DNA from: an uncultured Flavobacteriales bacterium
Lineage (GTDB): Bacteria; Bacteroidota; Bacteroidia; Flavobacteriales_G; NORP312
Assembly: GCA_964560645.1 (NCBI GenBank)
Contig: CAZLMS010000001.1
Location: forward strand, 1 to 38,688
Length of the DNA: 38,688 bases
Direction: 5' to 3'
The notes below the pieces were generated by a model. It saw nothing but the letters and a program-made list of their open reading frames with translations, was not told where the DNA came from and made no database searches. Shown here piece after piece: positions 16,883 to 25,671 of the stretch. Position 1 is the stretch's first letter; every line of letters starts with the position of its first letter. Both the position numbers and the translations under genes were made by a program.

Positions 16883-17640
16883 GAATTTAAAAAATCAATT
16901 ACGGCTTTAATGAACAGCTCCGGTTGTTCGGCATGAAGCCAATGTCCTGCATTGGGGATGACTTGAATGAAACTTTGAGGGAAAAGCATTTTTATCATTT
17001 CATAATCTTCTTCGGTAATATAGTCTGATTTTTCGCCTTTGAGAAATAAAGCGGGTTTTTCAAAAATACGGTCGTTGATTTCTTCGCCGATGAGTTCTAT
17101 GTTTTTTTCAATAGCGTCTAAATTAAACCGCCAAGCTAATTTGTTTTTTTCTTTCCAATACAGATTTTTAAGAAGAAATTGTCTTACGGCAAATTCGGGA
17201 ACATATTGAGAAAGAATCTCGTCGGCTTCTTTCCTGCTCGAGACTTTATTTAAATCTATGGCTCTTAATCCTTGTAAGATAAGCTGGTGGTGAACCGGGT
17301 ATTTTTTCGGGGCGATATCCGCTACAATCAGCTTGGTTACATATTCCGGGTAGTTTTGAGCAAACTTCATAGCTGTTTTTCCTCCCATGGAATGCCCTAA
17401 AATATGTGCTTCCAACAGATTTACATCATCAAAAAATTCCAAAAGGTCTTCCATCATCACTTGATAATTAAATTCTTCGGAATGAGGAGAATGTCCGTGA
17501 TTTCGCTGGTCTACAAGAAATACTTCAAAGTGTTCCGCCAGTTTTTTTGCAGGAGTAAGCCAGTTGTCCAGCATTCCCATTAAACCGTGCAATATAATTA
17601 GCGGTTCGCCGCTTCCTAATTTTTTGTAATTCAGTTTCAT
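16879..17640 (-). CDS. alpha/beta fold hydrolase
   Basis: 253 aa with HGLMG oxyanion region, nucleophile elbow GHSMGG, and C-terminal AGHW.H. Confidence 0.85.
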   Translation of the reverse strand: MKLNYKKLGSGEPLIILHGLMGMLDNWLTPAKKLAEHFEVFLVDQRNHGHSPHSEEFNYQVMMEDLLEFFDDVNLLEAHILGHSMGGKTAMKFAQNYPEYVTKLIVADIAPKKYPVHHQLILQGLRAIDLNKVSSRKEADEILSQYVPEFAVRQFLLKNLYWKEKNKLAWRFNLDAIEKNIELIGEEINDRIFEKPALFLKGEKSDYITEEDYEMIKMLFPQSFIQVIPNAGHWLHAEQPELFIKAVIDFLNS

Positions 17641-18356
17641 GGTTTGATTAGTTGCCGTTGATACATTTGAATGGTGTTTTCAAGACCAAAATAAAGCGCA
17701 TCGGAAATTAACGCATGTCCGATGGAAACTTCTTTTAAGTAAGGTATTTGTTGATTGAAATATTTTAGATTGTCTAAGTTTAAATCATGTCCGGCGTTGA
17801 GTTCTAATTCTATTTGTTTGGCAAATTCAGCGGCTTTTTTATAGGGTGCAACAGCTCTTTCTTTGCCGGAAGAATAGTTTTTTGCATAAGCTTCCGTATA
17901 AAGTTCAATTCTGTCGGTACCGCATTCTTTGGCTTTTTCAATCATTTTCAAATCGGTTTCTATAAAAATGGAAACTCTTATCCCTTTTTCTTGAAGGCGT
18001 TGGATAATGTCGTTTAAAAATGAAAAATGTTTTACGGTATCCCATCCCGCATTTGAGGTAAGCACATCCGGAGGGTCCGGTACTAAGGTTACTTGGGTCG
18101 GTAAAACATTTTCCACTAACGTCAAAAACTTTTCGGAAGGATAACCTTCGATATTAAATTCGGTGGTGATAACCTTTTTTAGTTCATACACATCGCTGTA
18201 CCGGATATGTCGTTCATCCGGTCGCGGGTGTACGGTAATTCCGTCTGCACCGTATTTTTGGCAGGCAACAGCAGCTTTTACCACATCGGGAATGTTTCCT
18301 CCTCTGGCATTTCGGAGTGTAGCTATTTTGTTGATATTAACACTTAGTTTTGTCAT
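17637..18356 (-). CDS. pdxJ: pyridoxine 5'-phosphate synthase
   Basis: [31 protein letters not shown], and GHALISDAL. 239 aa. Confidence 0.95.
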   Translation of the reverse strand: MTKLSVNINKIATLRNARGGNIPDVVKAAVACQKYGADGITVHPRPDERHIRYSDVYELKKVITTEFNIEGYPSEKFLTLVENVLPTQVTLVPDPPDVLTSNAGWDTVKHFSFLNDIIQRLQEKGIRVSIFIETDLKMIEKAKECGTDRIELYTEAYAKNYSSGKERAVAPYKKAAEFAKQIELELNAGHDLNLDNLKYFNQQIPYLKEVSIGHALISDALYFGLENTIQMYQRQLIKP

Positions 18357-18366
18357 TGATTTTTCT

Positions 18367-18374
18367 TAGCTTTG
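18367..18374 (+). promoter_or_regulatory. candidate -7 box TAGCTTTG for the CBS/Omp85 pair
   Basis: 35 nt upstream of ATG 18410, in a 53-bp divergent intergenic region. Confidence 0.35.
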
Positions 18375-18393
18375 TTTGAATTTAATAAACCTG

Positions 18394-18401
18394 CAAAAGT
18401 A
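18394..18401 (-). promoter_or_regulatory. candidate -7 box TACTTTTG for pdxJ
   Basis: The plus strand reads CAAAAGTA, 37 nt upstream of the pdxJ ATG. It is back to back with the plus-strand box. Confidence 0.35.
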
Positions 18402-18409
18402 TAAAATTT

Positions 18410-19075
18410 ATGCTGGCAAGAGATGTAATTTCGGAAGATGTTCCTCCCATACGACCCAATGAAAGTATAAATAAAGCATTGGTATGGATGGATGATTTTA
18501 AAGTTTCTCATCTTCCGGTAGTGGATGGTAAAAAGTTTATCGGAATTCTGTCGGAAGATGATATTTTGGGGCTCCCTCATGCCGAAGATTGTTCTGTAAA
18601 AGATTGTGAAATAGAGCTGAAGAAAATTTTTGTGACTGAAAACCAGCATGTGTTTGATGTTATTAAAACTATTTCGGATTTTCATTTAACGGTAATTCCC
18701 ATTATACGGGATAATGATGAATATATCGGATGTGTAACCAACGCACATTTGATGCATGTAATTGCAGAAATGTCGGTAGTAAGAGATTTAGGAGGAATTA
18801 TTGAATTGGAAATGAACGTGCGAGACTATTATTTTTCTCAAATTGCTCGTGTAATAGAAGAAAATGATGCTAAAATACTGGGAGCTTTTATTACCTCTCC
18901 GCCCGACACTACTAAAATGAATTTAACCATAAAAGTGAATACCTACGAGATAGACGGTATTATTCAATCGTTTGAAAGATTGGGTTATACGGTAGTAGGT
19001 TCCTATGGAAGCAATGTGTATGACGAGGATTTTAGAGAGCGTTTGGATGAGTTTTTTAAGTATTTGAATATTTAA
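18410..19075 (+). CDS. CBS domain pair protein with a C-terminal ACT-like domain
   Basis: 221 aa with two CBS-like units (HLPVVDGKKFIGILSEDDIL ; VIPIIRDNDEYIGCVTNAHLM). Confidence 0.8.
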   Translation: MLARDVISEDVPPIRPNESINKALVWMDDFKVSHLPVVDGKKFIGILSEDDILGLPHAEDCSVKDCEIELKKIFVTENQHVFDVIKTISDFHLTVIPIIRDNDEYIGCVTNAHLMHVIAEMSVVRDLGGIIELEMNVRDYYFSQIARVIEENDAKILGAFITSPPDTTKMNLTIKVNTYEIDGIIQSFERLGYTVVGSYGSNVYDEDFRERLDEFFKYLNI

Positions 19076-20439
19076 TGAAACTTTTTTATTGCTTTTTTCT
19101 GTGCCTTGCTTCGGTTATTGCAGTTAGTCAAGAAAACTTTCTGATTGTAAAAAAAATTCAAATAAACGGCAATGATGTTACCAAGGAAAAAATTGTCCGC
19201 CGCGAACTTTTATTCTCCGAGGGAGATACGGTTTTTCAAGAAAATTTAGCCGAAAACATCCGCTATTCGAAATACAATTTACAGAATACCAGATTGTTCA
19301 ATTTTGTGAATATTAATTATGAGATTGAAGAAAACAATGCTGTCAATGTTGAGGTTAATCTTACCGAAAGATGGTATATCTGGCCGATACCTTTGCTGGA
19401 GTATGCAGAACCGAATCTTACTACGTTTTTGAGGAACAGAGATTTCTCCCGGATAGATTACGGAGGTTATTTGATTCACGAAAATTTCAGAGGCAGAAGA
19501 GAGGTGCTGAAAGCTATTGTAAGACAAGGTTTTGATAAACAATATGCATTGGAATACACCTTGCCGTATGTTAATCCTAAAAAAACTTTGGGGTTATATT
19601 TTCGTGCCGGCTATAATTTTAATCATACCGTTACAGTTACTACGGAGAAAAATCAACGGGTTTTTTATAGTGAAGCAAATACTTATACAAGAAAACAACC
19701 GTATTTCACCACGCAAATTACACTTCGTCATAAATATTTTGCTTATCATACCATCGGGTTGCACATTCACCGGTATATCACTTCGGACAGTTTGAATATT
19801 CAATATCCGGATTTTTTGAAATCCGCAAACGGTAAGCAAGAATATAAAGGCATAAATTACGCTTTTTATTACAACAGGTTAGATTGGGTAGTTTTTCCTT
19901 TAAAAGGATATTACTTTTTTAATTATTTGAATTATGCTTTTTTATCCGGCACAACATTGTTTTCCTCCACTCATGCAGTTTCATTTTATCAATCTTTTGG
20001 CGAAAGATGGTTTATGGCGTTGCAATCCAAGGTTATGAAAAATTGGCTTAATGCTCCGCCGTATTATTTAATGAGTGCGTTGGGCTATAAAGATAATCTT
20101 CGGGGATTTGATAATTATATAATAGACGGAACGGACTTTTTTTTGTTAAAAACCGATATAAAATATCAATGGCTGAAAGTATCGGAAAAGAAATTGCCGG
20201 GTATAAACAATGAAAAATTTTCCAAGTATTTTCTTTACGGTTTTGCAGCTCCGTTTTTCGATGTCGGTTATGTATATTGGAAAAATCCGGGGAATAATTT
20301 TTTACAGAATCATATACAATACAGTACCGGAATGGAATTCAGCTTTGTTACATATTACAATATAGTAATGCAATTTGATGCCGCTTATTTAAGCACCCGT
20401 GAATTTGCTTGGGCAATCCGCGTTCAAAGAGTGTTTTAA
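19075..20439 (+). CDS. Omp85/BamA-family outer membrane protein with a single POTRA domain
   Basis: 454 aa with a signal peptide, a POTRA-like segment (IQINGNDVTKEKIVRRELLFSEGDTVFQENL......NL.NT.LF), then an aromatic-rich beta-barrel ending in a terminal F. Its ATG overlaps the CBS stop (TAATG). Confidence 0.75.
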   Translation: MKLFYCFFLCLASVIAVSQENFLIVKKIQINGNDVTKEKIVRRELLFSEGDTVFQENLAENIRYSKYNLQNTRLFNFVNINYEIEENNAVNVEVNLTERWYIWPIPLLEYAEPNLTTFLRNRDFSRIDYGGYLIHENFRGRREVLKAIVRQGFDKQYALEYTLPYVNPKKTLGLYFRAGYNFNHTVTVTTEKNQRVFYSEANTYTRKQPYFTTQITLRHKYFAYHTIGLHIHRYITSDSLNIQYPDFLKSANGKQEYKGINYAFYYNRLDWVVFPLKGYYFFNYLNYAFLSGTTLFSSTHAVSFYQSFGERWFMALQSKVMKNWLNAPPYYLMSALGYKDNLRGFDNYIIDGTDFFLLKTDIKYQWLKVSEKKLPGINNEKFSKYFLYGFAAPFFDVGYVYWKNPGNNFLQNHIQYSTGMEFSFVTYYNIVMQFDAAYLSTREFAWAIRVQRVF

Positions 20440-22187
20440 TCCTTTTTATCAATAGCTTTGGTACGCTCTTTAAAATACACGCGAGTTAAATTATAACTTC
20501 CCATCGGATTGGTGTAAAAATTTCTTACGTATGAATGAATCATTACATAATCTTCCATATACCAAAGCGGGATAATCGGAGCGTCATTGATAACCAATTG
20601 CTCGGCTTCTTCCAACAGGCTAAACCTTTCTTCTTGATTTTCGGTAATTTGCGCTTTTTCAAACAGTTCGTCGAATTTTGGGTTTTGATAGCGAGTGGTG
20701 TTTGGAAATGAAGGAGCGCTAATATCTTCGGGAACTAATTTTCCGTAAAACATCATTAAAAAACTTTCGGGACTCGGGAAATCCGCAATCCATGCACTTC
20801 TGAAAATATCACCTTTCAGCATTTGTTCATCTTCCATTTTTTGAGAAAAATCCACAATTTCCAAATCTACATTGATATTGAGGTTTTCCATAAGCTGTTT
20901 TTGAATTTCAAAAGCAACTTTGGTGTTTTTGTATCCTCCGCTGTTAAGTTCAATTTTTAATGTAGGAAAGTTTTTTCCGTTGGGAAATCCTGCTTCGGCA
21001 AGCAGTTTTTTGGCAGTTTCGGGATCGTAGTCATACCCTTTGATTTTAGAAACGTCATAGCCTTTAAATGCAGGGGGAACAATACCGTGAACAGCAGGAC
21101 CGTAAGCTTCGCCTTTCAGCACCTCGTCTATAATTTTAGTTTTATTGATGGCATAATTAAGCGCTTTGCGAACTTTTATATTGCTTAATACGTCTTTATG
21201 AATATTTAAGTCATAATATTGAGTAGCCATTTTCGGCACGCGTTCCAAAACAAATTTTGGAGGTTGATTTTGAAAGTCGGCTATTTGTTGCTCCACCACA
21301 TCTTTAATGGATTCGGAGGGGAGTCCGTCCACTATTTCCAACTCTTTATTCATAAATTTCTTTAACTCTTGTTTTTTAGAGTCTATTACATGCAAAGCAA
21401 TGGTGTCTAAATATGGAAGTTGATTGCCGTGCTTGTCTTTCATGTAGTAATTATCATTTCTTACTAAAATTACGGTTTCTAAATTTTGGATGTTAGAAGT
21501 GATGTTTTTAGGAACCATAAAAGGACCTGTCCCTATAAAGGTTTTTTCTTTATACTTATTATAGGCTTCTTCGGGAAAGATATAGCAACCGGCATTTGCC
21601 AGCAAATACAGAAAATAAGACAGGGGTTTAGTTAAAGTAATTTCTACGGTATAGTTGTCAACTATTTTTAAACCTTTTAGCTCACCGGCGTTGCCGTTGT
21701 ACATTTCATTAGCGCCTACCACCACATCTTTCATTAGAGTACTGAAAAGCTTATTGTACGCATCTTTCTTACATAATTGTTCAAATGTAAATTTCACGTC
21801 TTTGGCATTAACTTCCCTTGTTCCATCGGGAAAACAATCGTCATTGTGAAATTTCACGCCTTTTCGGAGTTTAAAGGTATAGGTTAATTTATCGTCAGAA
21901 ATAGTCCAACTTTCGGCTAATCCGGGTTCGATAGACAAATCTTTCGGGTTGAATTTAACTAATCCTTCGTACACATGCGAAGCGATATAATTAGTATGAA
22001 CATCTACAATGGAGGGTGGATAAAGCAACCCTATTTTGTCGTTTGCCGAAAAATCAAATGTGCCTCCATACACGACTCCGCCTTTAGCTTCTTTCTTTGC
22101 AGCGGAAGGTTGAGAACCCTCACTATTATTACATGAGTAAAGGGTAAGAGAAACAATACCTATAAATAAAAAAGATTTTAACTTCAT
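20436..22187 (-). CDS. ABC transporter substrate-binding lipoprotein, family 5 (peptide/nickel type)
   Basis: 583 aa with lipobox LTLYSC. Typical SBP_bac_5 features are present (GLVKFNP.DLSIEPGLAESW..S.D.LTYTFKLRKGVKFH). No permease or ATPase gene is adjacent. Confidence 0.85.
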   Translation of the reverse strand: MKLKSFLFIGIVSLTLYSCNNSEGSQPSAAKKEAKGGVVYGGTFDFSANDKIGLLYPPSIVDVHTNYIASHVYEGLVKFNPKDLSIEPGLAESWTISDDKLTYTFKLRKGVKFHNDDCFPDGTREVNAKDVKFTFEQLCKKDAYNKLFSTLMKDVVVGANEMYNGNAGELKGLKIVDNYTVEITLTKPLSYFLYLLANAGCYIFPEEAYNKYKEKTFIGTGPFMVPKNITSNIQNLETVILVRNDNYYMKDKHGNQLPYLDTIALHVIDSKKQELKKFMNKELEIVDGLPSESIKDVVEQQIADFQNQPPKFVLERVPKMATQYYDLNIHKDVLSNIKVRKALNYAINKTKIIDEVLKGEAYGPAVHGIVPPAFKGYDVSKIKGYDYDPETAKKLLAEAGFPNGKNFPTLKIELNSGGYKNTKVAFEIQKQLMENLNINVDLEIVDFSQKMEDEQMLKGDIFRSAWIADFPSPESFLMMFYGKLVPEDISAPSFPNTTRYQNPKFDELFEKAQITENQEERFSLLEEAEQLVINDAPIIPLWYMEDYVMIHSYVRNFYTNPMGSYNLTRVYFKERTKAIDKKD

Positions 22188-22212
22188 AGCTTAATAAATT
22201 ATGGTAACTTGG

Positions 22213-22220
22213 CAAATATA
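22213..22220 (-). promoter_or_regulatory. candidate -7 box TATATTTG for the SBP gene
   Basis: The plus strand reads CAAATATA, 25 nt upstream of ATG 22187. Confidence 0.35.
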
Positions 22221-22353
22221 ATTATTCAAATAAATAAAAACTTATTTTTGCGGCAAAAATTGACCTTCCGTAAAAAAAATGGAAAAAAAATCAATTTTTT
22301 TTTTGAAAAATGAAATTAACACCTTAATATTGCGGTTTGTAAAATTGTCCTCA

Positions 22354-23136
22354 ATGAAAAGATTTTTAGTTTTAGTATCTTTGGTATGGAGCATAAGCGG
22401 CTTTGCCGGCACGATTATTCTTGAAGGAAACTATCAAGGAAAAAACTTATATGTTCAAAACCCGTTTGCCGGTTCGGGAGTTGGTTTCTGCGTATATGAA
22501 GTACGCGTAAACGGAGATGTTACCACCGATGAGATTAACTCCAGTGCTTTCGAAATAGATTTTACAAATTTCCAGTTTGAAATAGGGCAGCCTGTTACGG
22601 TGGAAATTAAACATAAAGACGATTGCCGTCCGAAAGTGTTGAATCCGGAAGTGCTTAAACCTAAAAGTACATTTGAGGTGGTTTCCATAAAGGTGGAAAA
22701 GGATGGAACCTTAAAATGGACTACCAAAAACGAAACAGGTAAATTACCTTATATTATAGAGCAATTCCGTTGGAATAAATGGATTAAGGTAGGAGAAGTA
22801 GAAGGTGTAGGAACTCCCGGAGAACATACCTATACGTTTAAAACCACTCCACATTCCGGAGAAAATCAGTTTAGAGTAAAACAAATTGATTACACCGGAA
22901 AACCCAGATATTCTAAACCGGCGAGATATCGCTCAATGGAACCCGAAATTACATTTAACCCCAAAAAAGTTTCCAAGGAAATTATTTTCTCTGCACCTAC
23001 TATGTATGAGATTTACGACAGTTACGGAAATATTGTGAAAAAAGGATACGGGGATAAAGTGGACTGTTCAAACTTGAAAAAAGGAATTTACTATATCAAC
23101 TTTGACAATAAAACAGACAAGTTTGTTAAAAAATAA
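22354..23136 (+). CDS. secreted hypothetical protein with a T9SS-type C-terminal sorting domain
   Basis: The signal peptide MKRFLVLVSLVWSISGFAG begins at ATG 22354; the track's start at 22279 would add 25 aa ahead of it. The C-terminus (EIIFSAPTMYEIYDSYGNIVKKG.....D.SNLKKGIYYINFDNK..KFVKK) looks like a T9SS CTD. Confidence 0.6.
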   Translation: MKRFLVLVSLVWSISGFAGTIILEGNYQGKNLYVQNPFAGSGVGFCVYEVRVNGDVTTDEINSSAFEIDFTNFQFEIGQPVTVEIKHKDDCRPKVLNPEVLKPKSTFEVVSIKVEKDGTLKWTTKNETGKLPYIIEQFRWNKWIKVGEVEGVGTPGEHTYTFKTTPHSGENQFRVKQIDYTGKPRYSKPARYRSMEPEITFNPKKVSKEIIFSAPTMYEIYDSYGNIVKKGYGDKVDCSNLKKGIYYINFDNKTDKFVKK

Positions 23137-23160
23137 AATCTTTTAAAACCACAACGAGCA

Positions 23161-23185
23161 AACTCCCTTTCGAGGGAGTTTTTTG
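23161..23185 (+). terminator. intrinsic terminator
   Basis: AACTCCCT-TTCG-AGGGAGTT: 8-bp stem, tetraloop, then TTTTG. Confidence 0.7.
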
Positions 23186-23197
23186 TTATTACCAAAT

Positions 23198-24070
23198 ATG
23201 AAAATAGCAGTTTACGGCAGAAAAGTCCCTTCTCAACATTTTCTCAAAATCCAAAGATTTTTCGAGCTTTTTTTCGAGAAACAAATCGAAGTTGTAGTTT
23301 GCGAAACTTTTTACAGATTTATCGAAACACACATACCGCTCCCTTTTTCGCTCAAAAAATATGAACGGGTAGAAGAAATTGAAGAAGTGGATTTGCTGGT
23401 AAGCATAGGAGGAGACGGTGCTTTTTTAGATGCTGCCAATACCATTGGAAAACTACCTGTGCCTATTATTGGAATTAATGCCGGAAGACTGGGTTTTTTA
23501 TCGTCCACCTCTATTGACGATGTGGATAATGTGGTAGACAAAATCATAAACCGCAATTACAAAATAGAAGAACGAACATTACTGTCAATGTATAATCCAA
23601 GCAATTCATTCGGATTGCATGCTTTTGCTTTAAATGAATTTACCATCTTAAAAAAAGATACCTCTTCAATGATTACCATCCACACCTATATTAACGACGA
23701 ATATCTCAATTCTTATTGGGCAGATGGTTTAATTATAGCCACTCCCACAGGCTCTACCGCTTATTCTCTAAGTTGCGGAGGACCTATTTTATTACAAGGA
23801 AACGACAGCTTTATTATTACGCCTATTGCTCCGCACTCATTGACTGTCAGACCATTGGTTATTCCGGCATCTTCAACCATTAAGTTAGTACCCGAAAGCC
23901 GAGAAAACAACTTTATGATTTCGCTCGATTCGAGATATGCAACCATTTCTTCAGAAGAAATTATTATTCAAAAAGCAGATTTTAAAATTCATGTTGTCCG
24001 GCTGCCCGGTGAAACAGAAATCAAAACATTGCGAAATAAATTGAATTGGGGGCTTGACAAAAGAAATTAG
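23198..24070 (+). CDS. nadK: NAD+ kinase
   Basis: Starts MKIAVYG, with VSIGGDGAFL (GGDG motif), NE..I, and ADGLIIATPTGSTAYSLSCGGPI. Start moved to the ATG. Confidence 0.9.
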   Translation: MKIAVYGRKVPSQHFLKIQRFFELFFEKQIEVVVCETFYRFIETHIPLPFSLKKYERVEEIEEVDLLVSIGGDGAFLDAANTIGKLPVPIIGINAGRLGFLSSTSIDDVDNVVDKIINRNYKIEERTLLSMYNPSNSFGLHAFALNEFTILKKDTSSMITIHTYINDEYLNSYWADGLIIATPTGSTAYSLSCGGPILLQGNDSFIITPIAPHSLTVRPLVIPASSTIKLVPESRENNFMISLDSRYATISSEEIIIQKADFKIHVVRLPGETEIKTLRNKLNWGLDKRN

Positions 24071-24104
24071 CAATAAAAAACGAGTAGAAACGTTTTCAAC
24101 CGCT

Positions 24105-24881
24105 ATGAAGATAAAGAAACTTACAAGTTTCATTTTTTTCTTTTTGTGGGTTTGCGGATTAAAAGCCCAATTCGGGGCGCTCAGACAGGTTGGCGATTAT
24201 TCTCCCCCCATGAAACCTTGTTCGGACATCGGGCTTTTTGCCGGGGGGAGTTATTATGTAGGAGAATTGAACAATTATCACTTTAACTTTGCTCTTACTC
24301 ACTTTGCTTACGGAGGCGTTTTCAGAAGATACATCAATAAGAGATGGGCGTTTCGAATTTCCGGTTTTAAAAGCAAACTTTCGGGTAGTGCCAAATACGG
24401 TTATCCGGCTTTTTTCAATGATAAAAATTATGCATTTACCTCTACATTAATTGAAGGCTCGGCTCAATTTGAGTTTTCCTTTTTCAATTATATTCCGAAT
24501 GATGAAAACATTTATTTTACACCTTATGCTTTTGCAGGAATAGGGATGTTTTATTTTAGCCCGAAGTCAGCTTCGGGGGCGGATTTGGAATATCAAAGTG
24601 CTCAAAACGGTGTGAGTTATAACAAACGCGTTGTTAATATGCCTTTCGGGTTAGGAGTGCGATTTAAGCCGCATCATCGTTTTAATTTTACGTTAGAATG
24701 GGGGGTGAGAAAAACCTTTACGGATTACATAGACGATATAGGTGCGCCATATACCCGAAACTATCAAAGAGGATTTATGTATAATAAAGATTGGTACTCG
24801 TTATTTGGGCTGATAGTGGCTGTTCGTTTAGGACCGGAACCCTCTACCTGTCCGCAATGGCAAAAAGGTAGAAACAAGTAA
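24105..24881 (+). CDS. outer-membrane beta-barrel protein, DUF6089-like
   Basis: Signal peptide MKIKKLTSFIFFFLWVCGLKAQ. Alternating aromatic beta-strand pattern, and TDYIDDI near the C-terminus. Sits in the conserved nadK/uppS slot. Confidence 0.6.
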   Translation: MKIKKLTSFIFFFLWVCGLKAQFGALRQVGDYSPPMKPCSDIGLFAGGSYYVGELNNYHFNFALTHFAYGGVFRRYINKRWAFRISGFKSKLSGSAKYGYPAFFNDKNYAFTSTLIEGSAQFEFSFFNYIPNDENIYFTPYAFAGIGMFYFSPKSASGADLEYQSAQNGVSYNKRVVNMPFGLGVRFKPHHRFNFTLEWGVRKTFTDYIDDIGAPYTRNYQRGFMYNKDWYSLFGLIVAVRLGPEPSTCPQWQKGRNK

Positions 24882-24891
24882 AAGGTTTTCT

Positions 24892-24899
24892 TACCTTTG
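24892..24899 (+). promoter_or_regulatory. candidate -7 box TACCTTTG for uppS-bamA
   Basis: 13 nt upstream of ATG 24913. It overlaps a small AAAGGT/ACCTTT hairpin. Confidence 0.3.
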
Positions 24900-24912
24900 T
24901 CGGTTTAATTCG

Positions 24913-25671
24913 ATGGAAAAACTAAAGCAAGAGATATTATCAGGAGTTATTCCCCGTCATGTAGCCGTTATTATGGACGGTAACGGGAGATGGGCACAGC
25001 AGCGCGGAAAAATGAGAATTTTCGGGCATAAAAACGCCCTTACGGCTGTTCGTGAAAGTGTGGAAGGAGCAGCAGAAATAGGCGTGGAGGTTTTAACTCT
25101 TTATGCTTTTTCTACCGAAAACTGGAATCGGCCCAAAAGTGAAGTGGACGCTTTGATGGATTTGCTTGTGCAGGCAATTCGCAAAGAAGTTCCTAAGCTT
25201 AATGAAAACGGAATAAAATTAGAGGCAATAGGAGATATCGCATCGTTGCCCGAAAAAAGTCAAAAAGCTTTGGAGAGAGCCATACAGCTTACGGCACATA
25301 ATACTACTATGACATTAGTGTTAGCATTGAGCTACAGCGCCCGATGGGAAATTACGCAAGCCGTAAAACAAATTGCCGGGAAAGTGAAAAAAGGAGTATT
25401 GGAACCGGATACAATTAATGAGCAAACGGTATCACAACATTTATGCACCAAAAATTATCCCGACCCGGAATTGATGATAAGAACAAGCGGCGAGCAGCGA
25501 ATCAGCAACTTTTTATTATGGCAGTTGGCTTATGCGGAATTATATTTCACACCCGTTTTATGGCCCGACTTCAGAAAGAAAGACCTTTTTGAAGCCGTGC
25601 GGGATTTTCAGAAAAGAGAACGGCGATTTGGAAAAACAAGTGAACAAGTAAAGGTAGAGCAAGGAAAATGA
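24913..25671 (+). CDS. uppS: isoprenyl transferase (undecaprenyl diphosphate synthase)
   Basis: HVAVIMDGNGRWA, YAFSTENW.RP, IRTSGE.R.SNFLLWQ.AY.E. Confidence 0.95.
   Translation: MEKLKQEILSGVIPRHVAVIMDGNGRWAQQRGKMRIFGHKNALTAVRESVEGAAEIGVEVLTLYAFSTENWNRPKSEVDALMDLLVQAIRKEVPKLNENGIKLEAIGDIASLPEKSQKALERAIQLTAHNTTMTLVLALSYSARWEITQAVKQIAGKVKKGVLEPDTINEQTVSQHLCTKNYPDPELMIRTSGEQRISNFLLWQLAYAELYFTPVLWPDFRKKDLFEAVRDFQKRERRFGKTSEQVKVEQGK

Noticed and set aside
22279-22353. Upstream ATG giving a 25-aa extension on the T9SS-CTD protein, and similar track starts at 14769 (mutY), 15833 (bacilliredoxin), 23183 (nadK) and 24054 (DUF6089-like)
   Set aside because: The extensions precede a canonical signal peptide or the conserved N-terminus, and several use TTG. 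In two cases the candidate -7 box lies downstream of the proposed start. I used the internal ATG starts instead.
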